Below are positions 17,955 through 27,167 of a DNA stretch of 55,200 nt, piece by piece. Source of the stretch: a virus. Taxonomy: Duplodnaviria > Caudoviricetes. A program made the translations under genes and the position numbers. The stretch's first letter is position 1; every line of letters starts with the position of its first letter. The notes beneath the pieces were generated by a model, which saw nothing but the letters and a program-made list of their open reading frames with translations, did no database searches and had not been told where the DNA came from. The DNA lies in IMG/VR virus record IMGVR_UViG_3300031355_000002, positions 1 through 55,200 of that record. The stretch is one strand, 5' to 3'.

Positions 17955-19517
17955 CTAATATGGGTTGTCGACCTCTCCTTCCTCGCTTTCGTTGATGAGC
18001 TGGATAGCCCTGCGCAATGCCATCTCTGCACCATCAGGACCATCGTCATAGTCACCGTTTGGAAAGTCCATGAACTGCTGGCGCATGATCACAGCCCCTG
18101 GCGAACGACGCTTGAACTTCACTCGCTTCCTTGTGATGTACGAAGTCCATCGCCGGATACGGACTGGCTTCGGGATCTTCCCCGTACCTATGCCCTCAAT
18201 AGGAACGAGTATTTTCTGGCGTACTGCTTCGTTCTCACACTCAGGTACGATAAGTTCCTGGAACTGCTCGTCCTCTACGACTGCCACATCAGCTTCGAAC
18301 TCTGACGCTAAGTCAACGTATCTCGCCACCATATCTTGCATCGGACGGCGTGACATATCAGCATCAAGATAGATATTCAGTTTCTCATCTATGGCCAGCA
18401 TCACGATAGCCTGGTAGTCACCGACCTTGTCACGTTTGCCCTTAGATGGGTCGAGCGCCATCACTCGGACGATGCAGTCATCCGGCCACTCGTCGAACCA
18501 GACGTCCTCACCTTCGAAGAGATCAGGCATCCACTCACACTTGGACGGATCGATGGGGTTGTTCTGCTTCTCGGACTCAAATGCAGCGTGCCCCTCTGAT
18601 GCTCGCATGAACATTAGAGCGTAAAGGTCTTCGAGCTCTGGCCACAGCACACGCGCTGATTCTACCATCTCCTTTTCATGCTGCTCATAGAATCGCTGAG
18701 CGTTAGCGTCTGCCTCCTCGACCGTCACCGAGTTGTCTCGAAGAATAAGCTCCCACTGCTCCCACAGGTCCATCCGATCTGGCCACTGCTCCATCGCAAC
18801 GTAGAACGACGTTTCCCAACCCGGCAATCGGCTGCAATGTGAGACGAGACAGTCGCGGTGCACTATCGTACCCGAGACAATAATATTCGTACCAGGTGCA
18901 CCCGCCTTGAAGGCACCCTTAGTTGCCCAGTCTCGAGTAGTGGACCGAATCTGCTTTGAGTACGCTGCTTCATCACCTTCTGGATCATCGATAATGAGGA
19001 GCGTTGGTCGATCCGCTCCCTTGCGTCGACCACGTATTTTCTGACCAGTGCCGAGAGGTTCGACTCTGATCCCATTCTTTGTGAGAATGCCCTCACTGCT
19101 CCACTGCTTGCCCTTGCCACAGACGGTAGGGTAATCTCTAGCGAGCGCATCATTGTTCTCCAACTCTTCTTGAATACCTTGGACGTGCTTCACCGACTGA
19201 CTATATGTGTCAGCCACTGGGATGATGTACTTCTCACTCTGCGTACAGATCGACCACATTGGGAGCAGGAAGTTGAAGAAGGTAGACTTCGCATAGCCTC
19301 GCGGGAACACCTCTGCTGCGCGAACACCCCGCTTCTTCGACCAGCGACGTATGCGCTTGTCCATCTCGTGGTGATGTCGACCCCACGGCCGAGTGAAATA
19401 ATGCGGGAAGTACTTCTTGCCCCACGGCAGCAACGATGAACGACCAGACGTTCGGCTCGACAGCGTCTTGGCTATCGTCCTGCGTATGGTGTCGCGGATC
19501 TCTGCTTGTCCTAGCAT
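17955..19517 (-). CDS. terL: Terminase large subunit
   Basis: FPRGYAKST Walker A, LLIIDDPE Walker B, MALDPS nuclease motif, FPNGDYDDGPD. Confidence 0.95.
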   Translation of the reverse strand: MLGQAEIRDTIRRTIAKTLSSRTSGRSSLLPWGKKYFPHYFTRPWGRHHHEMDKRIRRWSKKRGVRAAEVFPRGYAKSTFFNFLLPMWSICTQSEKYIIPVADTYSQSVKHVQGIQEELENNDALARDYPTVCGKGKQWSSEGILTKNGIRVEPLGTGQKIRGRRKGADRPTLLIIDDPEGDEAAYSKQIRSTTRDWATKGAFKAGAPGTNIIVSGTIVHRDCLVSHCSRLPGWETSFYVAMEQWPDRMDLWEQWELILRDNSVTVEEADANAQRFYEQHEKEMVESARVLWPELEDLYALMFMRASEGHAAFESEKQNNPIDPSKCEWMPDLFEGEDVWFDEWPDDCIVRVMALDPSKGKRDKVGDYQAIVMLAIDEKLNIYLDADMSRRPMQDMVARYVDLASEFEADVAVVEDEQFQELIVPECENEAVRQKILVPIEGIGTGKIPKPVRIRRWTSYITRKRVKFKRRSPGAVIMRQQFMDFPNGDYDDGPDGAEMALRRAIQLINESEEGEVDNPY

Positions 19518-19518
19518 C

Positions 19519-19731
19519 CTATCCCCGAGTCATCAACTTCAGACGAGCATCCTCTTCGACTTTGTCCATCAGTTGAATCGAGCGTCCGTCTTCGTGCATC
19601 ATCCATCCATCGAATCCGAAATGCGCTTCCGCCATACTGTGCAACGTGAGGTATGGTTGGCCACGCTCTAATTGGAAGACTTTAGGTTTGAATCCCCGCT
19701 GACTCGGCGTTACCGTCACCTGAATCTTCAT
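19519..19731 (-). CDS. 70-aa protein, possible beta-grasp (ubiquitin/ThiS-like) fold
   Basis: AGGAGG RBS; strand/helix pattern matches ThiS/MoaD; fold call is inference. Confidence 0.55.
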   Translation of the reverse strand: MKIQVTVTPSQRGFKPKVFQLERGQPYLTLHSMAEAHFGFDGWMMHEDGRSIQLMDKVEEDARLKLMTRG

Positions 19732-20293
19732 AGTCGTCTACCTCCTGTGGGGTTCGTTGCTCGAGCGTCTTCATCAGTTCATCCCCTAGCTCGGTAACGA
19801 ACTTTGAACAGTCTTCTTCATCCATGTACTTCGATGCGACATTCTCAGCCAGGTCGGCAACTTGCATTGCGATCTGCACTGCCTCCTGCGCAATCATCTG
19901 TTTGGCATTCTGGAGGATGAGTGCGTCTGGGACCTTGCCCTCGAGTCGATTCCACAACTCCTGGAAGAACTTGAACTCACCGAGCTCGGACTGCATCACT
20001 GCGCGACGAATCATCTTCTCGGCGCGGGTGATCCGGTCGCCTCTGTGCTGTGTGGGTTCAGAGACTACACGCTTGAGTATTGCTGTGAGAGAGGGAGTAC
20101 GGGGACGCCCGGCAGATGCTTGCGGGTCGAGGTTGACCATTCCCGCTCGAGAGCCGGGGTTGTTTCCCGATCCTACACCGGGCATCCTGATTGAGCGTCG
20201 ACCCTTCTTCTTCTTTGCTTTCTTCGCCTTCTTCTTAGGTGACTTCTTCTTAGTTGTCTTCTTCGCCTTCTTGGATGCCTTCTTCTTTGCCAT
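19682..20293 (-). CDS. terS: Terminase small subunit with Lys-rich N-terminal tail
   Basis: GNNP....AGRP motif (DUF5681-like), helical body, upstream of terL; AGGAGGAG RBS. Confidence 0.75.
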   Translation of the reverse strand: MAKKKASKKAKKTTKKKSPKKKAKKAKKKKGRRSIRMPGVGSGNNPGSRAGMVNLDPQASAGRPRTPSLTAILKRVVSEPTQHRGDRITRAEKMIRRAVMQSELGEFKFFQELWNRLEGKVPDALILQNAKQMIAQEAVQIAMQVADLAENVASKYMDEEDCSKFVTELGDELMKTLEQRTPQEVDDYEDSGDGNAESAGIQT

Positions 20294-20338
20294 ACCGTTA
20301 CTCCTCCTACTCTCTCCGGCTACTTTTTGGTCAGCTGT

Positions 20339-20367
20339 ATATTAGGGGCAGTATCTGCAGAAGTCAG
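20339..20367 (-). promoter_or_regulatory. Candidate sigma70-like promoter for the packaging/head operon
   Basis: CTGACT-17 nt-TAATAT on minus strand upstream of terS. Confidence 0.35.
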
Positions 20368-20410
20368 CGGTTTTTGGCAAGAAAATGGTATGTCCACTGA
20401 GGTGACCTCT

Positions 20411-20448
20411 AAAGAAAAGACCCCAGGTGGTTAAACCTGAGGCCTCTT
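20411..20448 (-). terminator. Rho-independent terminator
   Basis: Minus strand aagaggcctcaggt-ttaacc-acctggggtctttt-cttt. Confidence 0.65.
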
Positions 20449-20477
20449 CTTCAGAATGTACAGATGTACGTCGTCAG

Positions 20478-20795
20478 CTACGCATTTGCTCCGGTGAACC
20501 TCCCGCTTCGGACTGTGGGCCTCCAGGCGGTCGCCGGGTTGATAGACTCGCGCACAGTGGCAGCCCCGCACCTCACGCTCTCCGTTTCGTGAATGGTCGG
20601 CGGTGGCGTCCAGGCCGATCTGTGCTCATAGTTATTCACATTGGTGAACGCCGTCTGCACCACACTGGAGCAGGCAGAGCATTCCATGCACATCTCCATC
20701 TGGGTGTAACTCTCCGGCGGTCCGGTGCACACCACTGCCACTGCCACTGCGATCAACAGTAGCAGCAGTGCAACGACTCCGATCAGGCAACGCAT
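20478..20795 (-). CDS. Membrane-anchored/secreted small protein
   Basis: Hydrophobic N-terminal helix; AAGGAGG RBS. Confidence 0.6.
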   Translation of the reverse strand: MRCLIGVVALLLLLIAVAVAVVCTGPPESYTQMEMCMECSACSSVVQTAFTNVNNYEHRSAWTPPPTIHETESVRCGAATVRESINPATAWRPTVRSGRFTGANA

Positions 20796-20839
20796 ACGTG
20801 CCTCCTTTCAAAGGCCCTCAGTGAATACTTCGAAACGTA

Positions 20840-21412
20840 TCATTTCTTCCGGGATCTAGCAGCCCGTTTCTTGGACTTCCTGGCCGCGGAAAGCTTCTCC
20901 ATCCCACCTTTCCTGAGATACCAGTCACCTATCCCCACTGCGTCTGCTTCGTTGTGATCCTCTCCAGCCCAGTCCCAGTACTTCCGAACCCGCTTCTGCG
21001 TGATCTCCTTCGGAACCGTACCCTTCCACATCCTCACTGGAACCAATCGAACTCGAGCGGGATCAAGCTTCTCTCGCAGAGCCATAACGAGGCCGAAGAG
21101 CTTCAGAATCGCACCCGAATTCCGAGCGGCTGCACCCTTCCCCGAATCGTAGTGACTCGGAAGCTCGATCAACACTACACTGCCACAGGGTATCTCAGAG
21201 TAAACCTTGCGGATCATCTTATCGTGTGACTCGGGCCATTCAGCAGCAACCTTCAAAACGCCCGAGTCGACCAGCTCCCATTCATCATTCCTCCACTCTC
21301 CAGTCGAGAAGAACGCCCATCCGAGCGCTTTCACCGACGGGTCCACACACAATACAGTGCCCATATCCGCTCCTTTCGCGATCGATAGCAGCATGGTAAT
21401 TTCATCAGACAC
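20840..21412 (-). CDS. ruvC: RuvC-like Holliday junction resolvase
   Basis: VLCVDPS...GWA, LIELP, WKG...K, HNEADAVGIG. Confidence 0.85.
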   Translation of the reverse strand: MSDEITMLLSIAKGADMGTVLCVDPSVKALGWAFFSTGEWRNDEWELVDSGVLKVAAEWPESHDKMIRKVYSEIPCGSVVLIELPSHYDSGKGAAARNSGAILKLFGLVMALREKLDPARVRLVPVRMWKGTVPKEITQKRVRKYWDWAGEDHNEADAVGIGDWYLRKGGMEKLSAARKSKKRAARSRKK

Positions 21413-21867
21413 AATACGATATACTCCAACAGATCGAATGCAGATTCTCTTCTGGAAGTCTCCAAAACCATACCACGAGAATCTATGCTACTAGAGTATG
21501 GAAGAGAATCGCTTCTCACAATTCGCCCAATAGACCCCGTCAGCACGCTCCAATCGCCGTTTTGGCCAAACGTGCCCGCAGTTGCCTCATACTCAAGGAT
21601 AACCGAAAGACAGACGATACCTGCGTTGGAGACGCTTAGAATCCTCCCTAGCCGGCTCTGGGCACACAAATTCGCGTACCTGCGTCTCTGAAAACTTCAC
21701 GGAAGCCCATTTCGACTGGCGTGCTAGAGTTTGTTCATGAAGTTGAAAACCACCACAAAACACAGATTCTTGTCGGGCTACTCCGGTGCATATATATGTA
21801 TGATGTAAGACCACCACTTTGCTCCCAGCCCATCCTATCTCCCCGCCAGCGCGCTTTTAGACACTTA

Positions 21868-22027
21868 CACTCATATATATATATACATATACATGTTATC
21901 TCTTATATATAATATCATATGTAATAATATATCTCTCTCACACACACGTACTGCTGGACGTCCCCCGCGTGTTTGTGTGTGCGACGACAACGCCCCGTGT
22001 CTGTATCTATATATATATGTATGAGTG
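21868..22027. repeat. AT-rich nested inverted repeat at the strand switch (candidate origin)
   Basis: 21868-21892 vs 22003-22027 complementary at 22/25; inner 21939-21948 vs 21968-21977 at 9/10; (AT)n and (CA)n tracts. Confidence 0.6.
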
Positions 22028-22049
22028 AAAGATTCTCCCAAACGGGCGG

Positions 22050-22077
22050 TTGACTTTCGCTGCGCGTACATTATAAA
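22050..22077 (+). promoter_or_regulatory. sigma70-like promoter for the rightward early operon
   Basis: TTGACT-16 nt-TATAAA; GGAAAGGAG RBS before ATG 22101. Confidence 0.55.
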
Positions 22078-22100
22078 CACGCGACGGAAAGGAGCGCGCC

Positions 22101-22382
22101 ATGAAGAGGTTGGAGTGGACGAGAGACGACAATGATAGGCTGCTGGCCAAGCTTGACGACATCGAGATGCTCATAGGCTGGTGGTGGACTGAAGACGATG
22201 AGATACAACACGCTTACTACAGGATCTTCGAGAAGGGTAAGCAGATCAAGAAGAGCAACGTCCTCCACGGCAAGACTGCAATCAGACGTACAATGACTGC
22301 TGCACGTAAGAAGGCCGTGGACATTCTCAGAGAGCGATACCTAAGACTTCAGTCGCTGCTCGAAAGCTACGGAGAGATCTAG
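22101..22382 (+). CDS. Small early protein (paralog set A)
   Basis: MKRLEW N-terminus; first gene of rightward operon. Confidence 0.7.
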   Translation: MKRLEWTRDDNDRLLAKLDDIEMLIGWWWTEDDEIQHAYYRIFEKGKQIKKSNVLHGKTAIRRTMTAARKKAVDILRERYLRLQSLLESYGEI

Positions 22383-22383
22383 A

Positions 22384-22872
22384 ATGCAAACGTTCCTACC
22401 ATTCCCAGACTTTCAGAAGAGCGCTCGTATACTCGATAACAGGCGACTCGGCAAACAGCGGGTTGAGACACTTCAGATTCTGAGAGCTCTGACATATCCA
22501 AACGCTGCATGGCGCAATCATCCCGCTGTGAAGATGTGGAGAAACCATCGCCATGCGCTCGCACTCTACGGCGTCACTATATGCCGTGAGTGGCGATCCC
22601 GGGGATTCTGTGATCGTACAGAGGCCAAGATTGCACGATTCCTCCCGTGTCCCCTGAACCAAAAGCAGCACAGACATCACTGTCAGATTAGCGAGTCACA
22701 GACACAAGTGAGAGTCGAATACTACGACTACTACTGGGAGTTCCCACTACCGAGCTGGTTCGGCTCTGAGAAGTTCCACCGAGCGCATCGGTCGAACCTG
22801 AAGCGTAAGGATTCAGTTTATTACAAGAAGTTCCGGATCTCCAGCCGCCTGCCGTACGTGTGGCCAGTATAG
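22384..22872 (+). CDS. Pyrimidine-dimer DNA glycosylase family (DenV/MSMEG_6728-like)
   Basis: MQTFLP..DF..SA..LD.RRLGKQRVE.LQIL, NHPAVKMW, HRSNL.RKD, LPYVWP. Confidence 0.9.
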   Translation: MQTFLPFPDFQKSARILDNRRLGKQRVETLQILRALTYPNAAWRNHPAVKMWRNHRHALALYGVTICREWRSRGFCDRTEAKIARFLPCPLNQKQHRHHCQISESQTQVRVEYYDYYWEFPLPSWFGSEKFHRAHRSNLKRKDSVYYKKFRISSRLPYVWPV

Positions 22873-22885
22873 GAAGAAGCCAACA

Positions 22886-23296
22886 ATGGAAGACCTTGTA
22901 ATGAAAGCGTTGGTCGACGCACTCCGGACGATACACAGTCCCGCTCAGATGCTGGACTACTTCTTGAGGAAGTACCCACATGCACAGACCAGCCCAAGAA
23001 GATGGTGGTGTCTACTCTTTGAAGAGATCCGTCGATATTTCCATGGCCAGATGGCTGCAATGATTCCGATGGTCGCCTATATGAACTATCAGCAGATTCT
23101 CAAAAGCGCTGAGACTCTGTTCGTCGCTCAGTCACGCTCAATCATCCACGTATTGGAACGGAGGATCACCACATTCTACCAGAAAGAATATGATCCTTCT
23201 GAGCAACTAGCGTATATCCACACCATACGCAAGTCACTGCTCAATATAGCCAGCGCCATAATGATAGCGAAGGGGATGCAGAATGCCGGAAAATGA
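22886..23296 (+). CDS. Hypothetical protein
   Basis: In-operon ORF. Confidence 0.6.
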   Translation: MEDLVMKALVDALRTIHSPAQMLDYFLRKYPHAQTSPRRWWCLLFEEIRRYFHGQMAAMIPMVAYMNYQQILKSAETLFVAQSRSIIHVLERRITTFYQKEYDPSEQLAYIHTIRKSLLNIASAIMIAKGMQNAGK

Positions 23297-23654
23297 ACAA
23301 ACAGCACACTGGCCGAGACTCTTCACCTGCCCCATCACAAAGGAAGACGTGGAGCGGGACGACCTCGGAGAGATCATGGTCAACCCCACCTTCAGCGACA
23401 AAGACAAGATGATAATGAACCTCTTTGAAGGCTGCTTAGACTGTGACATGAGAGATACGTGCCTGGGGCCAGTGCCATACGTGCCGGCGACACGTCCTCC
23501 GTGCATCATAGTTAAGAGGGAATTCCGTGGAGAGTCTCTGAGCAAAGAGATGCCACACGATATCGAGCAGCTGATCCTCGACAGCGACTCACCCCAGCCA
23601 AACAAAGAGGGCAAGTACGTCCTCACAATCACATGGGAGGCGAGCGATGACTAA
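23283..23654 (+). CDS. Hypothetical protein
   Basis: In-operon; CLDC..RDTC. Confidence 0.6.
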   Translation: MPENEQTAHWPRLFTCPITKEDVERDDLGEIMVNPTFSDKDKMIMNLFEGCLDCDMRDTCLGPVPYVPATRPPCIIVKREFRGESLSKEMPHDIEQLILDSDSPQPNKEGKYVLTITWEASDD

Positions 23655-23919
23655 AACCAAACTCCAATGGATGGAGTGGGCTAGAGGATACGAGTGGCGC
23701 ACGAACCTGCGCGGAGCCCGTCTCGGTCTGCGTGTGTTTAGACCATGGAGGAACGACCCCACCTGGAGCTACCAGGTGCGATACATGGGCACACAGGCCA
23801 AAGAGGACAATGGTTTCACCTCGGCCGAAGAAGCTAAGCTCGCCGCGGAACAAGCTGCGCTTGACCTCCTGCGCTCATACTCGAAGCAAATCGCTGAAGA
23901 TCTGGAGAAACTGCTATGA
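23647..23919 (+). CDS. Small early protein (paralog set A)
   Basis: KLQW ... FTSAEEAKLAAE. Confidence 0.7.
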   Translation: MTKTKLQWMEWARGYEWRTNLRGARLGLRVFRPWRNDPTWSYQVRYMGTQAKEDNGFTSAEEAKLAAEQAALDLLRSYSKQIAEDLEKLL

Positions 23920-24206
23920 GCCTGAAACCCCGATTGAGCTGGACCTGGTGGCCAAAGAAGTTCTGGGGCGTGACGATCAAACACAAAGACGACCCCAATC
24001 TTGAGTTTGACCTCACAGTCTGGGAGGAACACCCGGGTGAGTGGAGTTTCAACATAGACGTCTTCGACTCGGCTAACAGCATGTGCAACACGAAACCGCT
24101 AGCAAGTGCGGAAGAGGCCAAGATCACTGCCGAAGTGACCTTGCTCACATACTTCAAAGTGATCCAGCAGCGACTAGCACAGATGGAAGAGGAGTTCGTC
24201 AAATGA
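23916..24206 (+). CDS. Small early protein (paralog set A)
   Basis: RLSW ... ASAEEAKITAE; ATGA overlap. Confidence 0.7.
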   Translation: MSLKPRLSWTWWPKKFWGVTIKHKDDPNLEFDLTVWEEHPGEWSFNIDVFDSANSMCNTKPLASAEEAKITAEVTLLTYFKVIQQRLAQMEEEFVK

Positions 24207-24478
24207 AACCCAAGCTTGAATGGAATATCGCCGGTGGTGATGACAAGTACACCAGATGGGATGCCTACGTCAACCCCAACTTGGTGATTCAGATCCACAA
24301 GTGGGAAGATGACGATTTCTACCGGTACCAGATCATCTCGCCGTGGCTCAGGGAAGAGTTGAACGGACTCGTGTACGACGCACTAGAAGAAGTCCAAGCT
24401 TTCGTTGAGTTGAGAGCATTGGGCTGTCTCAAGGCGTTGGAGAAGGAGATCCACAGAGTAATGGAGGCCCTAACATGA
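24203..24478 (+). CDS. Small early protein (paralog set A)
   Basis: Start adjusted to MKPKLEW; DALEEVQAFVE. Confidence 0.7.
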   Translation: MKPKLEWNIAGGDDKYTRWDAYVNPNLVIQIHKWEDDDFYRYQIISPWLREELNGLVYDALEEVQAFVELRALGCLKALEKEIHRVMEALT

Positions 24479-24762
24479 TGGATGACACACATCCGACGAA
24501 GCTGACCTGGCGTCGAAACTACAGGCTGTTCGAAGCGTTTCTTAACGACTCTGATGGAGACCCAGCATTCCATCTGATGATAGAGAAGATCCCCGCCGGC
24601 TTCTACTTCCAGATCGTGGGGATCAACGACGCCATCAAGACGATAGCGAAGAAGACCTACCCAGACATCGTGACTGCACAGCAAGCTGCAGAGAAACAGA
24701 CGCTCAGCATCATAGGCAACATGATCGCCGAGTTGGCTTATATGAAGGGCATACTCGAATGA
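24475..24762 (+). CDS. Small early protein (paralog set A)
   Basis: KLTW ... PDIVTAQQAAE. Confidence 0.7.
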   Translation: MMDDTHPTKLTWRRNYRLFEAFLNDSDGDPAFHLMIEKIPAGFYFQIVGINDAIKTIAKKTYPDIVTAQQAAEKQTLSIIGNMIAELAYMKGILE

Positions 24763-24962
24763 AGTATAAGGTCAAAGTCTGGTGCAACGACTGTACCGGC
24801 GTTGACGAGCAGGGATGCAACGATGGCTTCCCATGGTACATCACCGATGACGACAGCAACATCCGCCTCTTCGACACTGAGGCTGAAGCAGATGAAGCGG
24901 GATGGAAAGCGGTAGACGGTGTCGGCCCGTGGAGGTTCGAAGTGGAGGAAGTCGATGAGTAA
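24759..24962 (+). CDS. Small acidic protein
   Basis: CNDC...GC, FDTEAEADEAG; ATGA overlap. Confidence 0.65.
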   Translation: MKYKVKVWCNDCTGVDEQGCNDGFPWYITDDDSNIRLFDTEAEADEAGWKAVDGVGPWRFEVEEVDE

Positions 24963-25230
24963 CGACAAGCCCAAGCAAGTCTGGACGCAGCAGGGAACAC
25001 ATGAGCTATGGGTGGCGAAGGTCCCGCCCATGTTCATTATGCGAGTGTTCCGCGTCGACTCCGGATACACGTACACGGTCGCCATCAAGGGCAACTTGGA
25101 GCAGCTCCTCTCGCGCACCGCATACGGCACACCCGAGATTGCCCAACTGTGGGCTGAAGTGTCCACGCTTGGATACATCAACGATAAGATCGGCGAGTTC
25201 GAAGACCTACGAAAGAAGCTGATGACATGA
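24955..25230 (+). CDS. Small early protein (paralog set A)
   Basis: Start adjusted to MSNDKPKQVW; GTPEIAQLWAE. Confidence 0.65.
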   Translation: MSNDKPKQVWTQQGTHELWVAKVPPMFIMRVFRVDSGYTYTVAIKGNLEQLLSRTAYGTPEIAQLWAEVSTLGYINDKIGEFEDLRKKLMT

Positions 25231-25475
25231 AGCTAGACTGGCGACCCAATGGACATGTGGATCTCTTCGGATGGATATACGCTTTCATATTCAGCTGTGG
25301 AGATCGCTGGCAATACACAGTACACATCACTGGAGCGTCCAACAGACTTCATGGCGTCACCGAGGGGTACGCAGAAATGGATGAAGCGAAAGAGGCGGCT
25401 GAGAAACACATCATCGAGCATATAACATATATCCAGAAACAACTCGGAAGCGTTTTGGAGGTAATGAATGGCTAA
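25227..25475 (+). CDS. Small early protein (paralog set A)
   Basis: MKLDW ... AEMDEAKEAAE. Confidence 0.7.
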   Translation: MKLDWRPNGHVDLFGWIYAFIFSCGDRWQYTVHITGASNRLHGVTEGYAEMDEAKEAAEKHIIEHITYIQKQLGSVLEVMNG

Positions 25476-25899
25476 GCCAGGAATACAGTCAGAGAAGCTG
25501 CAGCAGTTGAGGCAAGCATGGTTCGATTTCCATGATTCTCCACAAGACCCGATTGTTCAGAAGATATTCCGGACGGGGTGGCTGCACCACCTGAACATGG
25601 ACAACACGGTAGGGATCATCATCGAGCTGATGGAGGAAGGTCACTTACGCAATTGTCCGATCTCTCAGAGGCATGAGGGCTGTGAAGAAGCATACCGTGA
25701 GACCTGTGCTCACGTCCACTGGATCTTCAACAACGTACCGATCCGGATTCTCAGGGTTCCGACGATTCTCGGTCTCGCTGGTCACATCTTCCGCGTTGTC
25801 ATTAACATGGAGGACGAAGAGATACCAGAAGTGCCAGAGGGAACAAGCGACGCTGAGCAATTCTTCCAACTCAAGAAGATGGGGCATGAGGGGAACTAA
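25468..25899 (+). CDS. Hypothetical protein
   Basis: GGAGG RBS. Confidence 0.65.
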   Translation: MAKPGIQSEKLQQLRQAWFDFHDSPQDPIVQKIFRTGWLHHLNMDNTVGIIIELMEEGHLRNCPISQRHEGCEEAYRETCAHVHWIFNNVPIRILRVPTILGLAGHIFRVVINMEDEEIPEVPEGTSDAEQFFQLKKMGHEGN

Positions 25900-26090
25900 T
25901 GATGGCAACCAGAATCGAAGAGCTAGAGGCTCGGATCGCGGCACTCGAAGAGGGCAACGTTTGCCGATGCAAGGTCAACGTAGACGGGGATATCTACGAG
26001 ACTGGCTGCGAGAGAGACGTGTATGGTGGGCATGAGTGGGCTAGCTACAACTACTGCCCATTCTGTGGGAAGAAGATCGTTCGTGAGTAA
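25899..26090 (+). CDS. Coiled coil + Zn-ribbon small protein
   Basis: RIEELEARIAALE; YNYCPFCG. Confidence 0.65.
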   Translation: MMATRIEELEARIAALEEGNVCRCKVNVDGDIYETGCERDVYGGHEWASYNYCPFCGKKIVRE

Positions 26091-26325
26091 CTTCACCTAT
26101 ATTGAGATTCCTGGTTGGGAAACCTACGGCGAGTTCAAGCGTCGTCCGTTCCACTGGTGTGACGATGCTCGATTCCTAGTGGGAGACGTGGCTTGCTGCT
26201 TCTCTTGCCACTACGACCAGGACGAGTTTGGCTATGAAATCTGCGGCTTCGAACATGACGGCGTAGAGTTCGAGGTCTGCTGTGCGCTGTCTGGTGCCTT
26301 CGACAAGATGAGGAATCCAAGATGA
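26083..26325 (+). CDS. Hypothetical Cys-rich protein
   Basis: GTG start inferred; CCFSCH, EVCC. Confidence 0.55.
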   Translation: MSNFTYIEIPGWETYGEFKRRPFHWCDDARFLVGDVACCFSCHYDQDEFGYEICGFEHDGVEFEVCCALSGAFDKMRNPR

Positions 26326-26519
26326 GGCGTTTCTTTCAATGGCTCAGCTGGCTGTGGCGCGGCAAGCCGATGAACATACGCAGCGGCTACCACTGTGGCT
26401 GTTGCGGGAAGTGGGTCTGGATGACATTCTCGATCCGTGACTATGAGGATACATGGGGCCCGACAGCGATTGGCTTATGTGAGGAGTGCAAAGGTGAAGA
26501 TTCAACAGTTCAAGCTTGA
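26322..26519 (+). CDS. Zn-ribbon small protein
   Basis: CGCCG...LCEEC. Confidence 0.55.
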   Translation: MRRFFQWLSWLWRGKPMNIRSGYHCGCCGKWVWMTFSIRDYEDTWGPTAIGLCEECKGEDSTVQA

Positions 26520-26817
26520 ACCGTACAGCGAAGCCACTCAGCGGTTGAGGATACACTCCGGCAATCGCTTCATGCACATGGACTGCATGGGACATCACAT
26601 CGTCCTCTGGTTCATGGTCAACGAACAGTCAACCGAGAAGGACGTTGACTTCAGAGTGATCAAGACGAAGGCGCGGGGACATGGGATTGCTGCAATGCCT
26701 CCATTCCACTGCATCTACCTCGGGACAGCGACGAACGCACTGCTCGAAGCATTCCACGTCCTGGCTCTTCAGCCGGGCAAGCCCCACAACGACTTCCCGG
26801 AGAGGATACGGGTATGA
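26494..26817 (+). CDS. Conserved phage beta-rich hypothetical protein
   Basis: KIQQFKL...IVLWFMV...FRVIKT...YLGT...FHV pattern; GAGGAG RBS before GTG. Confidence 0.6.
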   Translation: MKIQQFKLEPYSEATQRLRIHSGNRFMHMDCMGHHIVLWFMVNEQSTEKDVDFRVIKTKARGHGIAAMPPFHCIYLGTATNALLEAFHVLALQPGKPHNDFPERIRV

Positions 26818-27167
26818 GAAAGCTCGGTCGACAGAAGAAGCCGCGGTGCAAAAAGATGATTATGAGGGGCTTCCATCACCACCAGTGTCAGCGAGCAGCC
26901 TGGAAGGATGGGTATTGCAAGCAGCACCACCCGAAGTCAGTTGCTGAGAGGCGCAAGAAGAAGGAAGAGAAGTTCAATCGGATAGCCGAAGTACGCAGGA
27001 AGCGAGACGAGAGATACCAACTCCTCAGCAAACTACCCAAGGCCGTGAGATCTGCGTGGCCTATGGTGAAAGATAAGTGGAAGAAGATCTGCCCGGACTG
27101 TAATGGCATCGGTGAGTGCGAGGAATGCTGGTATCTCACACTCAAGAAAGCAAGGGACATAGACTAA
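26814..27167 (+). CDS. Basic Zn-finger protein
   Basis: CKK...QCQR.....YCKQHHP; CPDC...CEEC. Confidence 0.65.
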   Translation: MRKLGRQKKPRCKKMIMRGFHHHQCQRAAWKDGYCKQHHPKSVAERRKKKEEKFNRIAEVRRKRDERYQLLSKLPKAVRSAWPMVKDKWKKICPDCNGIGECEECWYLTLKKARDID

